A stretch of 37,087 bases of DNA from a virus (lineage: Duplodnaviria; Caudoviricetes), in the IMG/VR virus record IMGVR_UViG_3300034411_000443, positions 1-37,087 of that record; one strand, given 5' to 3'. Shown one piece after another: positions 35,489-37,087 of the stretch. The notes beneath the pieces were generated by a model that made no database searches, was not told the origin of the DNA, and was given only the letters and a program-made list of their open reading frames with translations. Position numbers and translations under genes: made by a program. Numbering within the stretch: position 1 is the stretch's first letter; every line of letters starts with the position of its first letter.

Positions 35489-35605
35489 ATGAGTAAATCC
35501 ACATCTAAAGACTATCAGCTTAATGTTAACCTATTCACCGCACTTCTAGATGGTACATTTGAGAAGGTTGTGAAGCAGAAGAAAGTTAAAAAGGTAAAGA
35601 AATGA
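35489..35605 (+). CDS. small basic protein (38 aa, MSKSTSKDY...)
   Basis: Translated by hand; TAAGGAGACCAAAAC-ATG leader. Confidence 0.65.
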   Translation: MSKSTSKDYQLNVNLFTALLDGTFEKVVKQKKVKKVKK

Positions 35606-35721
35606 ACGATGACAATTATTACACCTGTCCGATCTGCCAGCTAGTCTGCCATATCGATGACACAGAGGCTTGTACTTGCTTTCATACCGAAAACGATATT
35701 GAAGACCAAGATGAGTGCTAA
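35602..35721 (+). CDS. Cys-rich acidic peptide (39 aa), possible zinc finger
   Basis: MNDDNYYTCPICQLVCHIDDTEACTCFHTENDIEDQDEC; ATGA overlap with the upstream ORF. Confidence 0.55.
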   Translation: MNDDNYYTCPICQLVCHIDDTEACTCFHTENDIEDQDEC

Positions 35722-35914
35722 TTGGGAAGTAGCAGAAGCAAAAAAGGCCGCAAAGGTTTTTAGGTCTTTTAAAATTAAATGTCGTGTTATCGTTTGCAAG
35801 CACTACTCATCGTACTTGAGGGTTTATGATGATACTGCTAATGATTTTTCGGAACGATACAATAAAGCAAAAAAGAACTGCAATGAAATGGGTATAGAAG
35901 CATGGATAGTATGA
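35711..35914 (+). CDS. hypothetical protein (67 aa, MSANWEV...)
   Basis: Part of track ORF 35657..35914; ATG 35711 overlaps the previous ORF. Confidence 0.6.
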   Translation: MSANWEVAEAKKAAKVFRSFKIKCRVIVCKHYSSYLRVYDDTANDFSERYNKAKKNCNEMGIEAWIV

Positions 35915-35941
35915 CCAACCGAATGCTTAAAACTTTACGAG

Positions 35942-36013
35942 CACTTACAAGATTATTAAAAATAAATGTAAAATATATCTTGCTTTTATGTATAGATAAG
36001 CTAGATTAAGGGT
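35942..36013 (+). promoter_or_regulatory. 72-bp promoter repeat, copy 2
   Basis: Near-identical to copy 1 and followed immediately by ATG 36014. Confidence 0.8.
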
Positions 36014-36241
36014 ATGAACAGACCGACTTTAAAGAGATCAACTAACCCTTCGGTTAATACTCGAAGACGCAGAAAGTATTATATTGAGCTTCGAGATTAT
36101 TATTCCGATATTTATGATAATGCTAAATCCGATTCGGAAAAAGCTGAAGCGCTAGAATCTTTAAACGCTACTCAGGCTAAACTCGACAGGCTCATTTCAA
36201 ATATAATTGCTAGAATGCCTAAAAGGAAACCTTTACTGTGA
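36014..36241 (+). CDS. hypothetical protein, probably leaderless
   Basis: ATG begins 6 nt after the -10 hexamer. Confidence 0.7.
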   Translation: MNRPTLKRSTNPSVNTRRRRKYYIELRDYYSDIYDNAKSDSEKAEALESLNATQAKLDRLISNIIARMPKRKPLL

Positions 36242-36435
36242 CCGATAAAAAACAATGGGGCGGTAAGCGTCCAAACCAAACAGGCAGACCTCCGAACCGA
36301 AAAGGAGTCAAACGAGTCCAATTCCATTGCATGATCGATCCAGCTACCAGGGATCAGATTAAGCATATCTCCGAGCTAAAGAAATTATCTGCCGGACAAA
36401 TCATTGACGAGTGGGCTGAAGGGAGTAAGGTATGA
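36238..36435 (+). CDS. putative DNA-binding protein (GGKR..GRP hook plus RHH-like)
   Basis: WGGKRPNQTGRPP followed by a strand-helix-helix pattern; GTGA overlap. Confidence 0.65.
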   Translation: MTDKKQWGGKRPNQTGRPPNRKGVKRVQFHCMIDPATRDQIKHISELKKLSAGQIIDEWAEGSKV

Positions 36436-36626
36436 GCATGGAAGATTTCCCTTGGAACAAAGAACCCGATCAAAAGACACCGGCTAAAGAATATGCCGAG
36501 TGCCACAATTTGGATTTAGCTGAGACCGAAAAGAAATTTGAAGAGGCGAGGCTAAAAGTTATATATGAGACTGATCCGAGATTAGACCCTAACTTTGAAT
36601 CTTCTGATTCTAATACCGACATATAA
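36432..36626 (+). CDS. hypothetical acidic protein
   Basis: ATGA overlap and GGGAG RBS. Confidence 0.6.
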   Translation: MSMEDFPWNKEPDQKTPAKEYAECHNLDLAETEKKFEEARLKVIYETDPRLDPNFESSDSNTDI

Positions 36627-37073
36627 TCTCAAGATAGCCCGAATAATCGCCTAGAAGGCACACAGGGCTGTCTTTTGCCGCCTGACCTATATAATCTACC
36701 ACGCTAGGGTGCAAGACCGCCAATCCCGCCATTCCTTGGAATGCCCGATTTGCTGTGATTGAATTTAGTCCGAGTGATACCGAGTCCAGTATTACCTGAG
36801 TAATTACATTCAGGCTAGCTGGCAGATGTCTTGAACGAGTGATACCTGTTCTGTCGGTTAATCGGTTAGGCGAGTGGATCGGTTTTAATCTTCTTTTCGA
36901 GTGAGCTTGTAGGCTGGCAATGTAGTCCACCTGGTACGGCCGCCTAAAGCGGTTGGCGGACTGGTGCGTAAGCTTTAGCTTTTGGGCCGGCTTACGGGCC
37001 AAAGCATTAGTCCGAAGGAGGACTACTAACAGCCTGTATTTTTTCATGTTGGAGAGTACGACGAATTTAATAT

Positions 37074-37087
37074 TATATATATATATA
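37074..37087. repeat. (TA)7 run at right end
   Basis: Matches the left-end (TA)8. Confidence 0.9.

Noticed and set aside
34970-36013. CRISPR array or insertion-sequence ends
   Set aside because: Only two 72-bp direct repeats with a ~900-bp gene-filled interval; no cas or transposase gene.
36610-37047. 145-aa minus-strand ORF
   Set aside because: No RBS or recognisable motif, and it crosses a hairpin-rich region. Not excluded, but unsupported.
1-37087. tRNA/rRNA genes, reverse transcriptase/DGR, integrase, alternative genetic code
   Set aside because: No such motifs were seen by eye, and core genes translate intact with the standard code. A tRNAscan or HMM search would be needed to be certain.

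Overview
The window looks like one complete ~37 kb genome of a podovirus-like tailed dsDNA phage. It is probably circular or permuted and opened inside a (TA)n run present at both ends. Almost all genes lie on the minus strand in two blocks. The replication block (56-9616) holds an AAA/RepA-type helicase, a PAPS-reductase-like PP-loop protein, an AEP-type primase, a dNMP kinase, a family A DNA polymerase of the Leu762 type, a PD-(D/E)XK exonuclease, a stand-alone DnaA domain IV protein, an SSB-like protein, a RuvC-like resolvase and a small HTH protein. The virion block (10670-33997) holds the large terminase, portal, three small basic proteins, scaffold, major capsid, tail proteins, a LamG fibre, a membrane/lysis cassette and three candidate ejection proteins, one of them a 1857-aa polyvalent protein. 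A short plus-strand block (34421-36626) carries a TerS-like gene and small early-type ORFs driven by a duplicated 72-bp promoter. I recognised no integrase, ParA, endolysin, tRNA or CRISPR array. The most striking signals are: a good XerC/XerD dif-like site between the divergent terminase genes of an integrase-less phage; a modular injected protein with metallopeptidase and ADP-ribosyltransferase-like domains separated by F[IML]P linkers; a u-spanin-like lipoprotein; a promoter-bounded cassette of small genes; and several structured non-coding leaders. All assignments come from motif recognition by eye, and no database search was run.
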